In this document: positions 1-12,732 of the stretch, piece after piece | How the letters are laid out: each line of letters opens with the position of its first letter | How positions within the stretch are numbered: the first letter of the stretch is position 1 | Source of the DNA: Eledone cirrhosa | Lineage: Eukaryota | Assembly: GCA_964016885.1 (NCBI GenBank) | Contig: OZ024746.1 | Span: 46,066,001-46,130,000 of the forward strand | Length of the DNA: 64,000 nucleotides | Direction of reading: 5' to 3' | Notes under the pieces: model-generated | The model's input: the letters and a program-made list of their open reading frames with translations, nothing else | What the model was told of the DNA's origin: nothing | Databases searched by the model: none | Position numbers and translations under genes: made by a program

Positions 1-61
1 AAGAAATGAAAAGATGAAAAAGAAAAAAAGATCAAGCAACAAAAGAAAGGGAGAGGGATAG

Positions 62-405
62 ACATGATACCTCAGTCTAAGTGATGCCTCAGCCATGCCC
101 CACAGACAGAATGGAAAAGGCACTACGGAGAATGGCCAGAGACCCTCTCTGCAACAGCCACCCCACCTCACAGAACTCCCTCCTCGATGTGGGCCATTGT
201 CATTCCGACTTTATGGAGGAAATCAGCAGTGTGGGGACCAAGGACGCGAGAGGTCTCAATGGAGACTGGTGCAAAGAGGAAGTGATCAATCAGGCCCCAG
301 TATTTGACTATCTTCCTCTCCTCTGCATTGTGGGCAGCCAAGCCTGTGTGTGTGCCCAAATTGACGAGGCTGGTGGCATAGAATGAGTTGCTGCACGTTG
401 CTGTA
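62..405 (-). mobile_element. 3' remnant of a CRE-like non-LTR retrotransposon (restriction-like endonuclease C-terminus), frameshifted
   Basis: Minus strand reads ATCSNSFYATSLVNLGTHTGLAAHNAEERKIVKY..FLFAPVSIETSRVLGP, then after a frameshift REFCEVGWLLQRGSLAILRSAFSIL. This resembles the AAxxAExxKxxKY / PVAxETxG / QRxSxAI motifs of RLE-type elements. Confidence 0.6.
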
Positions 406-1126
406 TTTAGAGAAAATGTTTAGTAAAATGTTTGAATAGAAATAAAATTTGACTAAACTTTAGTTATAATACCAAAATTTGGAGAAATGATACAAATAGG
501 GCAAACTAAAATTATATACATTCTATTTATTTATTCTATCAAAGCATACAAATATCAAACTTGACAATAAGATATTTATAGTAATTGCGTAACTTATTTT
601 ATTTATATCATTCCTTTGTCAATCTATTTCACCTTAAGGAATAACTAAGGCCATTTTTAGAAGAGAAAATATTGAAGAGAAAGGTAGAGGGGAGTGTAAG
701 AGATAGATGAGGTTAGAGGAAATAGAATTTAATATAGCTAACATTAAAACAAATTTAGGCAGAATATATTAAAAAGATAATTTAATGAAGGACATTTTCT
801 TAAAATTTGATTAAAATCAAAGAGAGAATTCAAAATAGAATAACCAGATTTTAAAATAGAATTAATAGAATTAAATAGAGAACAAATAATTTCTATTTAA
901 AAGCAGAGAGTTATAAAACTGTTAACTTCTTACACAACTACCCACAAAAAAAATTAAGGAAATTTCACTTTGTTTAGAAGGAGAAAATAAAATTAGGTTT
1001 TTAATCTCAAATTACATCATGCAACTTGATTGAACAACTGAATACACAACTCAGCATTGCAACAAATAAAGATTCATTTACCTTACATCATGCTTCACTG
1101 ATTTACAAATAATAAGAATAATAATT

Positions 1127-1395
1127 CATCATCATCATCATCATTTAATGCCTATTTTCTATGCTTGCATGGATTAGACAGTTACATTACGAGGTTAGGC
1201 AAGTCAGGTGACAATGTCTTGCTCACATATCCTGTTTTTTATTTGGTTTTCTAAGACTGGATGCCCTTCCTAACACCAATCACTTTACAACATATACTGG
1301 AAGCTATTTTCGTAGAACCAATAGGACTACCTCACAGTATGGACTGGGTGCATTTTGTTGTGGCACCAGTAGCAATAAGGTGCTTGCAACAGCAA
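1127..1395 (-). mobile_element. Diverged RTE-type 3' end fragment
   Basis: (CAT)n tail followed by the ctggatgcccttcctaacaccaa motif shared with the RTE 3' UTRs in this window. Confidence 0.65.
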
Positions 1396-1722
1396 TATGA
1401 TTTCATTCCATGAGATAATTCTTTAATGTCAAAATTTGACAATATTATTATACTAAATTTTATGAATGTAAATTAATTTAAACATTTACATGATGAAATA
1501 AAAAGTGAACTGATGAAATAAAAAGTGGGAGGTTCAATTGAAAACTATCAAGAATTTAACCCTTTAGGCTTTAATACTTTCAATACCAAATCATCTGAAA
1601 CTGCCTCTGGTTCTATGATACAAAACTGTTTTAGTTTTAAAGGAGTTATAATTATCTTAAATCTTTCTATTGTAATGCTGTATAAGTTCCTTTGGTTCAT
1701 TATGTTCCAAACACTAGCTTAA

Positions 1723-1930
1723 CCCTTTAGCATTTACATTACTCTATATATACTAGTACATGTTCATTGTAAAGGCTTTATCTCACATAATATCAAATCT
1801 ATGAGATTTTGATATTATTTATTTTGAGAACAATACCTTAACATCAGTATGAGCAGCTGGTTACAGCCGGTTTGAACAGAAAGAGATGAGAGAATTCTGG
1901 CCAGATACAGCTGGTTTAAATGCTAAAGGG
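1723..1930. mobile_element. piggyBac-like MITE, copy 1
   Basis: TTAA|ccctttagcattta ... taaatgctaaaggg|TTAA: terminal inverted repeats with TTAA flanks; three more copies in the window. Confidence 0.75.
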
Positions 1931-2599
1931 TTAATAATGCAAATGTTAGTTATATTATTAAATCTCTCCCAGATCTCGATTATTTTCAAAATTATTTCAA
2001 AATCATAGGCAGTGAATTTCTTTAGAAATACAATATTATAAAAGAGATGATTTTTTAAATTAACATTACTATTCAATGTCAAAATGCATTTTGCCAAAAC
2101 ATGTAAATTGTGCAACAAAATAGAGTTTATGTTAGAAAATGGAAATTTTGGAAAGATTAATATAAAAATTTTATACAAGGATGTTTTAGATTATATATTA
2201 TAAGCAAGTTAAAATAGTGGGCTTAATGTTTTTCCAGGGAAATAAACTAAGAATTGACAATAAATCATTCTGAAATAGTTAAAATAATTAAAGTAGGGAG
2301 ACATTATGTGCACAGCTAAATTGTAACTAAGTTCATGTGCATACATTTGATACAAATAACACAAGCACTGTTTGGCTTGTTATTGATTTCTTATCGAAAA
2401 TGTTAACCCATGTCCATCCTATTGAGGGAGGAAGCAATCTAGAGCTGCTCATAAAAACACTATGAGTGACTACTATTGATTTTATTCAATTGCATACCAG
2501 TATATATGCTGGTAACACATATAAGAAAAAATAACTTCTATACCAAGAGAACTTGTTTGTGAATAAATTGTAAATAAGTTCACATGTGGGCATTTGATA

Positions 2600-2709
2600 A
2601 GTGTTAGTTAAGATAGGATTGAACAGTTATGTATTTTTTTGAATAGCTTCAACTCATTGAAGCTATTCAAAAAAATACATAACTGTTCAATCCTATCTTA
2701 ACTAACACT
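2600..2709. repeat. Perfect inverted repeat, 53-bp arms and 4-nt loop
   Basis: agtgttagtt...gaatagcttcaa-ctca-ttgaagctattc...aactaacact. Confidence 0.95.
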
Positions 2710-4129
2710 GATAGTCATAACTATCCTATCACATTTTTCTCTCTGTCTTTCCTATTTAGCAAGAGGTTAAACTTTTGCCTTAGTCAACCAGTTTAAAAAC
2801 ATGTACACCAGCTATTTTTTCTCTTGCTATGTTATTTTAATTGTATCATTCTACCAACAAGATTCAAAGGAGTCCATCTTCTGTTGCTATGTAGAAAAGA
2901 AAAAAAGATCATATATAATCCATTATCGCTATTATCCAGTAGGATATTATTTTCATTGTTTACAATTTACAACCTGACATTTAAACAAGCTGTCAGGTTT
3001 TGAACTTCTGATTGAATAACTACAAATCAGCCTGAAATTCGTGATTTTAAAACAAACATCAATGTTTCTGATTAAAGATATTTTCCTGATTAAATAGGCA
3101 TTTTTTCTGAAAGAATGCCATAATGTGTATTTATCCAAACATTTAAAAATGTGATCAGACAAGCTTTATGTATAATAACTATACAATTTTGAAGCTGTTT
3201 TTACACATGCACATTTTAGTATGAGCGCATGCACAGTACACAACAGCTTAGTTGTACAGCACCGTAGCATAATTTTTACAGTCTGTACGTTGTGTGTAAT
3301 TGAAGGTTTAGAGCCTGTAAGTTAAGCCTAATGATTTAAAACATGTGATAATCCAAAAGTGAAGATTTTATATTTGCAGAATCGTATTTCATGTCACCTA
3401 TCTGAAGACTCCTATATGGAAACTCATGCCATGTTAATTTTCTACAGAATTATTTGTATGAAATTACATCTTGTAGATCTGCTTATGTTGTGTATAGAGA
3501 TGCAGACTTCTCCCACAGCAAGCTACACATAACACTGACACACACACATACTTGCACATATATCAAGTTCACCCTTAATACTTTTATACATTTTATGCAT
3601 GCATAGAGTATTTTATTTCAATTCCTTAGATGAGCCATGCTTTATCATTCACTTCTGTTAGTAATGTTGCATCTTCGTTCAGTTTTTACTACCTTATGTA
3701 TTATATTAATCTTTATTGATTGTTATTTTCCAAGCAATCTAGGTGGGAGTTAATGTAATGACCTTATGTAGATGACATGTTAGTATCACTGTTGTGAAGT
3801 ATGCTATTTTAAACAATAAGAGTCTAATTGTCTATGAACCATGTTCTGGCTATTTAAGGAAGAACAAAACTGTTTCATCCTCTATTAGCTGTGGCCAAGC
3901 TATCTCATTTTATTGTCTTGAACGCTTCCTGTATATCTCTCACATTCACAAATTCAGTTAGTGGGTTACCTTTTGACTTTGTTTTGACAAAATAACTTGC
4001 ATCAGTTTAAAAGTACATATGTTGTCTATTTTTTCATCTTATGTACATTTCCCATAACACATTTTCATACCAGAAATGATCTAACTGATGCACCTATGTC
4101 AATTTTCAGAGGCATATAGTCATATAAAG

Positions 4130-4465
4130 TCATCTTCTCTTCTTCTTTACTCACACATTCCTTCCAGCGAGTCATGTCAGAAACAACCATCTCCAACTGG
4201 TCTGGCTGGATCCCCAAGCATGACCAGCTAAGCTCATGGATGTTAGCCAACCATCTTGATCAGGGTCTACCCCTGGGTCTCCTGCCTGTTTGTTTTGCCT
4301 GTAAAATCTGTCCAGCAATTCTTTTCTAAGACATTCTAACTCCATGCCCATAGTATCAGAGCTGTGATCTCTCAATTCAGAGAAGTAGCAGCTCTACCTG
4401 GAATGACTCTCCGATCTCCAAGCTATGCACTTTATTAAGTAATGTTACTCCAAAGTATAAAGTCA
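4130..4465 (-). mobile_element. Degraded 3' fragment of an old RTE LINE
   Basis: Homologous to about 23870-24170; encodes decayed ORF C-terminal residues. Confidence 0.6.
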
Positions 4466-4965
4466 TATTTCATATATTTTGATATTCCAATTTTAAAATG
4501 TTCTTTAGCCTGTTACATGAATCTAGATGCATATTAAAGAAACTATTTCTCTCTATAAACAATATCTTATATATGAATGTCAAAATAAAATAGATAAAAA
4601 TATTATCAAAATAATCAAGAATGGAATAAAAGAAAAATGAAATAAAACAAATACATATAGAAATCATTTGAAAAGGATTACAGTAAATTTACTGGAATAG
4701 GTTGGATATAAAGATATTTAGAGAGGAATTTGTATCTACTTTTTCAAATACAAGTTTACCATTTTGAAATGGTTGAAATGGAAATCTCATTATTGACAGT
4801 CATAGTGAGTTAGTAAGAATTGCAGTACACCATATTGTAGGAAAGGAAGGAATGCTATGATAAAGGTTGTGTTTGGAAGGGAAGAAATGAACAAGCAAAT
4901 TTAATTAATTAGAATATTGATGATGCATATGGCTATTTCATTAAATTCAACTTGGCATCTACTTA

Positions 4966-5128
4966 CAGTATTTCCTGGCGTCGAAGACCCTTCGTCCTCG
5001 AGGATGCACCCTAATTTTGCCAACCAAAAATTTGAAAAAAAGATAATAAACAACTATCGACCTCCAGGACGCATGGTAGATTTTTTAGACTTATTTTAAG
5101 AAAAAGTTAGCATCTTCGACGCCAGGAA
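4966..5128. mobile_element. Tc1/mariner-pogo-type MITE, right TIR truncated by the adjacent RTE tail
   Basis: TA|cagtatttcctggcgtcgaaga ... tcttcgacgccaggaa; inverted second copy at 48957-49124. Confidence 0.7.
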
Positions 5129-5131
5129 GTA

Positions 5132-7076
5132 CATCATCATCATCATCATCATCATCACCGTTTTACGTCTGTTCTTCCACGCTAGCATGGGTTAGACGGG
5201 TTGTCCTGTTATGGGCAGTGTCTGGTCGGCTGACCATGCCTTGCTCATACAGGAACTAATTTGGCTTGATTTCTACAGCTGGATGCCCTTCCTAACACCA
5301 ACCTCATTTACAGTGAGTGCTGGGTGCTTTTTCGTGGCGCCTACACGTCCACTTTACAGTGTGGGCTGGGTGCTTTTTTGCCGTGGCACCTCCACGACCA
5401 CCTTGCGGTGGGATGGGGTGGGGGCATATTGTCTATACGCTTCAGCTTGTACCCATGGGAGGTCGGGTACTCTGTATTACTGCGTGACGCCAGAGGTCAC
5501 GGTCGTGTGTCATTGCCTTTGAGAGGTGTAATTGGGTAAGGTCGGCTTTTATCACCTCATCCCAGGTCATCTTGGGTCTCCCCACTCCGCGGTTTCCATC
5601 AACTTAATAGTTTTCTGCACCTTTTTATGCAGCTGTCATCCTTCATACGCATCACATGTCCATACCAGCGCAACCGCCTCTCCTGCACACAGCATTTGAT
5701 TCCTCTTATGCTCAGTCTCTCTCTCAATTCATTTATGCTTTGTCGTTCACGTATATTACTGTTACACATCCATCGGAGCATGCAGGCTTCGTTTCTCTCT
5801 AATCTACGTAAGTCTTCCACCTTCAGCACCCAGGTCTCACTACCATGCAACATTGCTGTTTGGATACACGCATCATACAGTCTGCCTTTCATTCTGAGGG
5901 AGAAGCCTTTTGCAGCTAGCAGTGGTAGTAGTTCCCTAAACTTCTTCCATCCCGTTCTTACCCTAGTTATTGTACTTTCTGAACACCCACCTCCGCTGCT
6001 AATTCGGTCACCTAGGTAGCAGAAGCTGTCTACTGTTTCTACAGCGCCCTCCCAGAGATTGGTGGTACTTGTTTCCTGTGGCTGTTTGCTGCTTGCTGTC
6101 TCAGCACAGCTGCTGCATGTGAAGCCTACATTCTTAATTAAGCTTCCTGAGATCCCGCTACATCTTTTGTGTACCCATTGTTTGCATTTGGGGCAGAGAA
6201 TGGAGTTCCTACCTACACCTTTCCTACATACTGAGCAAGGCCATTTCCCTGAGGGGATCTGGGTTCTGTTTACTCGTCTACTTACAAGGACCTTAGTCTT
6301 TGTCATGTTGACTTTGAGACCCTTTCTTTCTAGTCCCTGCTTCCAAGTTTGGAATTTATTCTCTACTTCTACCATAGATTCAGCTATAAGTGCGAGGTCA
6401 TCAGCATACAGGAGTTCCCATGGGCATCCGGTCTTAAACTCCTCCGTTATTGCCGGCAGGACTATGATGAACAGGAGGTGGCTAAGAACAGAGCCCTGGT
6501 GGACCCCAACCTGTACGCTAAATTCTTCGCTATAGTCATTGCTAATCCTAACTTTGCTGACTGCTCCCCTATACATGGCTTGTACCGCTTTCACAAGCCA
6601 TTCATCTACTCCTAGTTTTCTAAGAGCCCACCAGATTACAGCACATGGAACTCTGTCAAAGGCTTTCTCAAGGTCGACAAATGCCAAGTAGAGTGGCTTA
6701 CTTTTAGCTAGGTACTTTTCCTGTAACTGCCTCACAAGGAAGAGGGCATCAGTGGTGTCTCTTCCTGGTACAAACCCAAATTGCATCTCATCTATTTTCA
6801 CCCGGTCCCTAATCAACTGTGCTATAACTCTTTCTGTTACTTTCATGACCTGGTCCATCAACTTTATACATCTATAGTTTCCTCTATCTAGTGCATCGCC
6901 TTTACCTTTGTAGCAGTTGACAATGATGCTACTGCACCAATCTTTTGGTATGACACCTTCTAGTATTACCTGGTTAACAATACGTGTGGTTATAGTGTGA
7001 CCTACAGACCCAGATGCCTTCAGCATCTTGGCAGCTATACCCGATGGACCGGTTGCCTTCCCCATCTTCATATCTT
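5132..7076 (-). mobile_element. 5'-truncated RTE LINE (PHD-containing family): RT ORF 5599-7071, 3' UTR and (GAT)n tail
   Basis: RT motifs FVDLEKAFD, GVHQGSVLS, LLYADD and YLG; C4HC3 finger; frameshift near the ORF end; tail at 5132-5157. Confidence 0.93.
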
Positions 7077-7770
7077 CAGTAATTAAATATGGAAAAGTTT
7101 AAGAGATATATTAGTACAACAGTTGTTTTAATTGTTTCAGAATAATAGTTATCCTCCTACGATGCCATACTTTTACTGATTTGAATGAGGTAGATTTCTG
7201 TAAAATATTTTGCTGTATATTTCCAGGAAGAAAAATAGCATTTTACCTCAACTGCAGGTTATTGAAGAATAAAAATGAAATTTGAAGTTTCATTTCTTTT
7301 TACATTAGAATAAGATATTTTTTTCAAAAGCAAATTAATATATTAAAAGCTGTTTTAGTAAGTGAAGTAAAAAATATAATAAAACTTAAAAAAAGATAAC
7401 TAAAAAATAATCAATTTGTTTGTGCATTCATGTATAAAAGAAGAAATAAAATATATTTCTAGAGATTTATTTAAAATTTCAATGGAAGAGAAATATGATT
7501 CAAATTGTACAGATGATGGCTCACTTTTCTTACAATGCTGGACAGTTTGATATATGTATGTTTCTGTATATGTGATTATATATGACTATATATTTACTTA
7601 CACAAACACACACAAACCTATATACATACATAGAGGGAAAGTGGACATTAAATGATGTTGATGGTATATATATATATATATATAACAAAGGAGGTGTGGT
7701 AAGATACCACACAGTTCAGATCTAGCTGTCGAAATTGCCGGAGCTCAGCCATCGAGGTCCTGACTCTTTT

Positions 7771-7772
<2 letters not shown>

Positions 7773-7837
<65 letters not shown>
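7773..7837. repeat. (TA)n microsatellite
   Basis: Read directly. Confidence 0.95.
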
Positions 7838-7841
<4 letters not shown>

Positions 7842-9405
7842 AAAAAGCAATTGTCATAATGCACAACAGTATATTTAAAGATTACTTTTTCTTTAATCCA
7901 ACAGAATGAATAACTTTATAATTGTTGCATTAAATATAACAGATTTGATTGATATAACAATCTTATCAAATATTAGATATTAAATATTGAATAATAAAAA
8001 AGAAAAGTTTTTCTGTCAAAATTTCTTATGTGTATATATATATATGTTCTTTATGAAGATGTGGTTGTGAAATGGAGGTGGGGTTCAACAGGTCTGGAAT
8101 TCAATTGAATTCACTTCATTTATAATATAACCAGTAAACTCAAGCACAACTGATAGAAAACACATTCTTTATGATTAGGTACTTAGTTAAAAAACGCAAT
8201 CAATACATGTGTGAAAGTGACATCTGAACAAGTATCCTCCACTATCAACTTACCCTCTGCCTCTGGGTTCCAGACGATAGGATGGAAAATGTTGTCTATA
8301 AGGATTTAGGGACACATGAAAAGTTTCTTACAAATGGATGCCTGTATTATTATTAATCACTAGAAAGTGAAATAGGATGGGTCTGGTATCAGTAAGTTAC
8401 TGATAAAATTATAGTTATTTCCATTTCATAGAGTGACTAATCTAGTAGCAAGTTTATGTCCATGTAGCCATTAGTCCAAGAAGAAAGTTTGGATATTATC
8501 CAAATTTGGTGTAATGTATACTGTTTTCTGTTTTATATGTTTATTGATAATGTACTCTTCCATTCTGATTGTCCAGTTGGATTTGCAGTTATGTTTCTCT
8601 GATTGGCAATGAAAATGGATGAAACAAGTGTGATTACTAACTTTCTTCTATACATATTCACATTGCAGCCAGTCAACATTCAAAGACATAATTATTAATC
8701 TTTAAAATATGTTTTAGTGTGCAAAATCAACCATCTGCAAGTATAGTATACAAGTTTGTCTGATCTAACAGTTTGCAATGATTTCATTTAATATGTTAAC
8801 TGCCTAAGGGAAGCTAAGTGGGTTTACCCAACAATAACTCAATACAACATAATTGGCTTTTATAGAACACACTCAGAGTTTTTCCAGTACCATTTGTACA
8901 AAGATCTTTTCTATTTATATAAACCACGAAGTTGGATTTCTAACTAAAATATAGACACCCAATTCCATTATAGGAAATTATGAAATATGATGGGTTTCGA
9001 TATTCCACTATAAAAAATTTATTTGTATATTTATTCAAATATCTAAATATAAAATTTCACTAAATCAATAACATCAAGAATATGAAGAAGGAACTTGGAA
9101 AGAAGTATTAACTAAATCAATAACCGTACCTACAAAGTAAAATAATTTACAATAGAGTATAAATGAAATAAATAAATTGTTTTCACTCTTCTATAACACT
9201 CACCCAAAGCTCACAATTAAGAATTCTTCATTTAAGTGTTATATTCATTGTAAATGTACCTCCACATTAGATATATATCTATGTGCCTGAATGCCATGTT
9301 GAGAGGTCATGAAAATGGCTATGATAGATATTCAAGTTGAATCTGAAAGCGATAAGAATTTTATAACAGAAAATTTTGAAGAAATAATTGGAAATAATCA
9401 CTCAC

Positions 9406-9477
9406 CCTGACAAGATCTGTTAACAATGAAAGTTTGAATTCCCAGTCAAGTTTGATATCAAAGTTACATATAACATC
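9406..9477 (-). CDS. Receptor guanylyl cyclase exon, kinase-homology domain: DVICNFDIKLDWEFKLSLLTDLVR
   Basis: ttttcag|GAT...AGG|gtgagt; 72 nt, phase 0/0; continues RGSLE; IKLDWxFKxSLLxDLVR is typical of membrane guanylyl cyclases. Confidence 0.93.
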
Positions 9478-11189
9478 CTGAAAATAGATATGATATTATA
9501 ACACTTAAGTAGATTTCAGCAATATGTTCAATTAAATTCACAGATGTATTTCTTATCAAATAAAGCCTAAATAACTAAGCTGTGTAATTTAACTGAGAAT
9601 AGGTTAAAAGTTAAAATTTGGCTTAGTTGTGCAGAATTTGAGATATCACTTTGAATACTTTGAAACTAAGGAATATTTAAAAAAATACATCTGCTCCAAT
9701 AATCTATAATCATCTAAAATGAAAAATTAGACATGCCAATAACATCACCTGTAATTACCTACATTTCGAAGGTGATTTTAAAGGATGCTCAATATCTGAT
9801 ACAGAGAAAAACAATTAAGAGTGAAATAGACTTTGTCTTCTAATCAATCATTTTTATTTCCTCGTTTATTCTTGCATGTTGAATCATCATCAAAGCATTT
9901 GCATAACTGAATCATACTTTTCTAATCAAGAGTACTTTCTTTACTACTTGTTTTCTATGAGTGATACTTTAGAAACACTTTCTCTATATATAATTGCACA
10001 ATTGTGTTCTTTTAACTTTTCTGTCCATAACTGCATTATTATGCTAGTTCAGAAACATTAAATTGCTCATGTTTCATATTCTTTTCTATAATATGTTTTG
10101 TTTAGGGAGTATGTGAATTTCATGGGTGATAATTAACATCCTATTTCTGATATTATTAGCATAATATGTGTGTCTGTTGAAGATACAAATTTAAAAAACT
10201 GAATTCAATGAGATTTGCAGTGGTCTGGCATTTGTAAAAACAGTCTAATAACCTGGAAAAGGTCCCAGAAAATGGATAACATTAATGACATTTTCTTTGA
10301 AGAAGCAAAGCAACATTATTCATTTTAAAAACTCTTTTCAAACTAATTCCCTATATAAATATAAGAATTTTTCTCTAGAATAATTATAAAACCATAAGAG
10401 AGAATGTATAAACATATAAATACAATAATGGAAAGTCATAATTTCAACTTAGTTGTGCTTTATTCAGTTCAAAGCCACTTATAATTCCATATTCTTTCCC
10501 AATAATAATTATTTAATAAGGTTATGTCCTTTTAACTTCTCAATTCAAATCATGCCTGTGTTTATTTTGCCTTTTTACTTCCAAAGTTGATAAAATAAGT
10601 ACCTGACAAAACAGAGTGGTCAATAAAAATCATCTAATCCCTTAAATGAATAAACCTTGTGAATTTAATTCGATTTTTCTTTTTTTGTGTGAAAAATATA
10701 CTTATTGATAAGGATCTATGCAAAAGAACTACAATTTGGTATGTTGTAGTATCATTATAGTCGAGACTGCAAAATTATTCATCAATAAGCTGTTAATTAT
10801 AGCTAGCAGCAACCTTTTGGTTGCCACTATTATATTTCAATCAAATGTCTCGCTAGTATTTTTATGACAGTTTTCTTGCTATTGAAATGTGATTTTACTC
10901 GTTGTTTACAATATGATTTTATAAATGACTTTAGCACCATGCAACTATATCATTTCTTCCAGCAGTGCAAAGCAGCATTTATATTACTGGGGAATATCTG
11001 GATTGTTTTGACTCACACTGTAGTGCACATTTTTCTTTTGTCCCCATATCATGCTGTGTTCTACTATAAATACATTAATCCTTTAGGAATCGTTTTTATA
11101 CAACTTTCACAGGATTTATTCTCTTCATTCAGTGTTGGTCCTTATCTTAAATGTCTCTGTCATAACCGTATTAGAAAGATATTCTGCTT

Positions 11190-11760
11190 TCTTCTCTAGT
11201 TCATAAATTACCACTTTATTGTCCTTTTTATGTCAAATGTTAACCAAATAGGATACAGTGGATCTTGCTACAAATCCATGTCATACAATCTTTACTTGAA
11301 GCATCATGCACTCTCATTCTCATACCTCAAATACCTTAAATCTCATCATTTCACCAGCATGTACTAGCACAGTCTCCTCTTTAGCAACCTATATTTGAAT
11401 TCTCTTATATCCAGTTTTCTAAGCTCGTTTGTATTCTGTCATTCATATACACTAATATTACATATACAATGAAGCATTTTGCCTCATTTCTTTGCAATCT
11501 TCACAAATTTTCTGTATTTAAGGCTCCTATCTACCTATTTAGCAGCATTACAGTTTATGCACAATCATTGTACAATCCCTCTTTCATTCTGAGTTAGAAA
11601 CCCTTTGCTATTAAAATAGATAATAGCTAATTGTATTTTTTCCAGTCTTTCCTTGCCTTGGATACAATACTATTAAAACATTCACATCTACTGTTGCAAG
11701 CAGCCTTCTGAACATTTAAAATAATCTAGCAGATACAGCTCCTGGGCATCTATTGCATGT
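11190..11760 (-). mobile_element. Highly decayed RTE LINE fragment
   Basis: Reverse strand has gcaaagggtttctaactcagaatgaaagagggattgtac, similar to AKGFSLRMKGRLY in younger copies. Confidence 0.45.
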
Positions 11761-11874
11761 GAGGTGCACCTTCTTAATCTAATTGGCTTTTATTCTATTA
11801 TATTGATTGTCTGAGTTCACCATATGATCTACCTACCTACCTATCTACATACATATATGTATGAGTGCCTATAT

Positions 11875-12060
11875 GTGAAAAGCAAACGAAAATGTAACAC
11901 AGGGAAATGATGCAGTACAATGAAGATATATATTAGTTTAACCCTTGAAAGTGTAGAAACAGAGTCTTAACGTATCAAATGGTAGTCTTTCATCAGAAGA
12001 TAGAACGAAAGAGAAATGAAGAAATAGAAAGACAAGAGTAAGGAGAGGAAGAAATGAAAA
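11875..12060 (-). mobile_element. Short repeat carrying a degenerate minimal hammerhead motif (Penelope-like terminal repeat-derived)
   Basis: Reverse strand TCTT-CTGATGA-A-AGA..TTT-GATA-CGTT-AAGA; flanks are homologous to 47190-47340 and 23590-23695. Confidence 0.55.
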
Positions 12061-12649
12061 AAATGATTTTGTAGAGAAAGCTCATGTGCGTTTAGTCAGC
12101 CATTTTGAGGAAGACCTAACATTATATATATATATATATATATATATATAATGTTGTTGTATAATTAGATTTGCTCTCTATGTTCATTACTCTCTTTCCA
12201 TTGTCTTATCTCTGCATTCATTGGTTTCGCTATGACCCATGATTCATCTTTTGAAAACACATCGCTTGTGTGATATAAGATATTGCACACACACACATTT
12301 GAAACAGAAGACAAATAGGTTTGCAATATGTGAGAGTCAAAGTTAGGGCTATTATTATCGAGATAAGGATTCTCTTTTCCTAGCATACACGGGTGATTGT
12401 TTTATTCTTACAAAGATACACTGATGTAAAATAGATTTCAAAGTGATTCTTTTGTATATGATACAATTCATATCTGGATAATAAATAACCCTAACTTTGA
12501 CACTCACATATTGCAAAATCTATCTGTTTTCTCTCTCAAATCTTTGCTTAAAATATACAATATGACATAGGTGTATTCTATTGCAAAGAAAACTATGGAT
12601 CTCAAAAAGACCAATGATTACAGGGATAGGCAATGGGCAGAAGAAAATG

Positions 12650-12654
<5 letters not shown>

Positions 12655-12725
<71 letters not shown>
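12655..12725. repeat. (GA)n microsatellite
   Basis: Read directly. Confidence 0.95.

Positions 12726-12732
<7 letters not shown>

Noticed and set aside
5627-6615. Plus-strand ORFs overlapping the RTE, and equivalent antisense ORFs in other copies
   Set aside because: Antisense shadows of the RT ORF with no recognisable motifs
8160-8720. Possible decayed LINE endonuclease on the minus strand (LIIMSLNV-like start)
   Set aside because: Too many stops and too few motifs to support a call
9285-9342. Acceptor-like ctttcag 63 nt downstream of the DLVR exon
   Set aside because: Reads IQLEYLS then a stop, not the expected GMxYLH continuation; no supporting evidence
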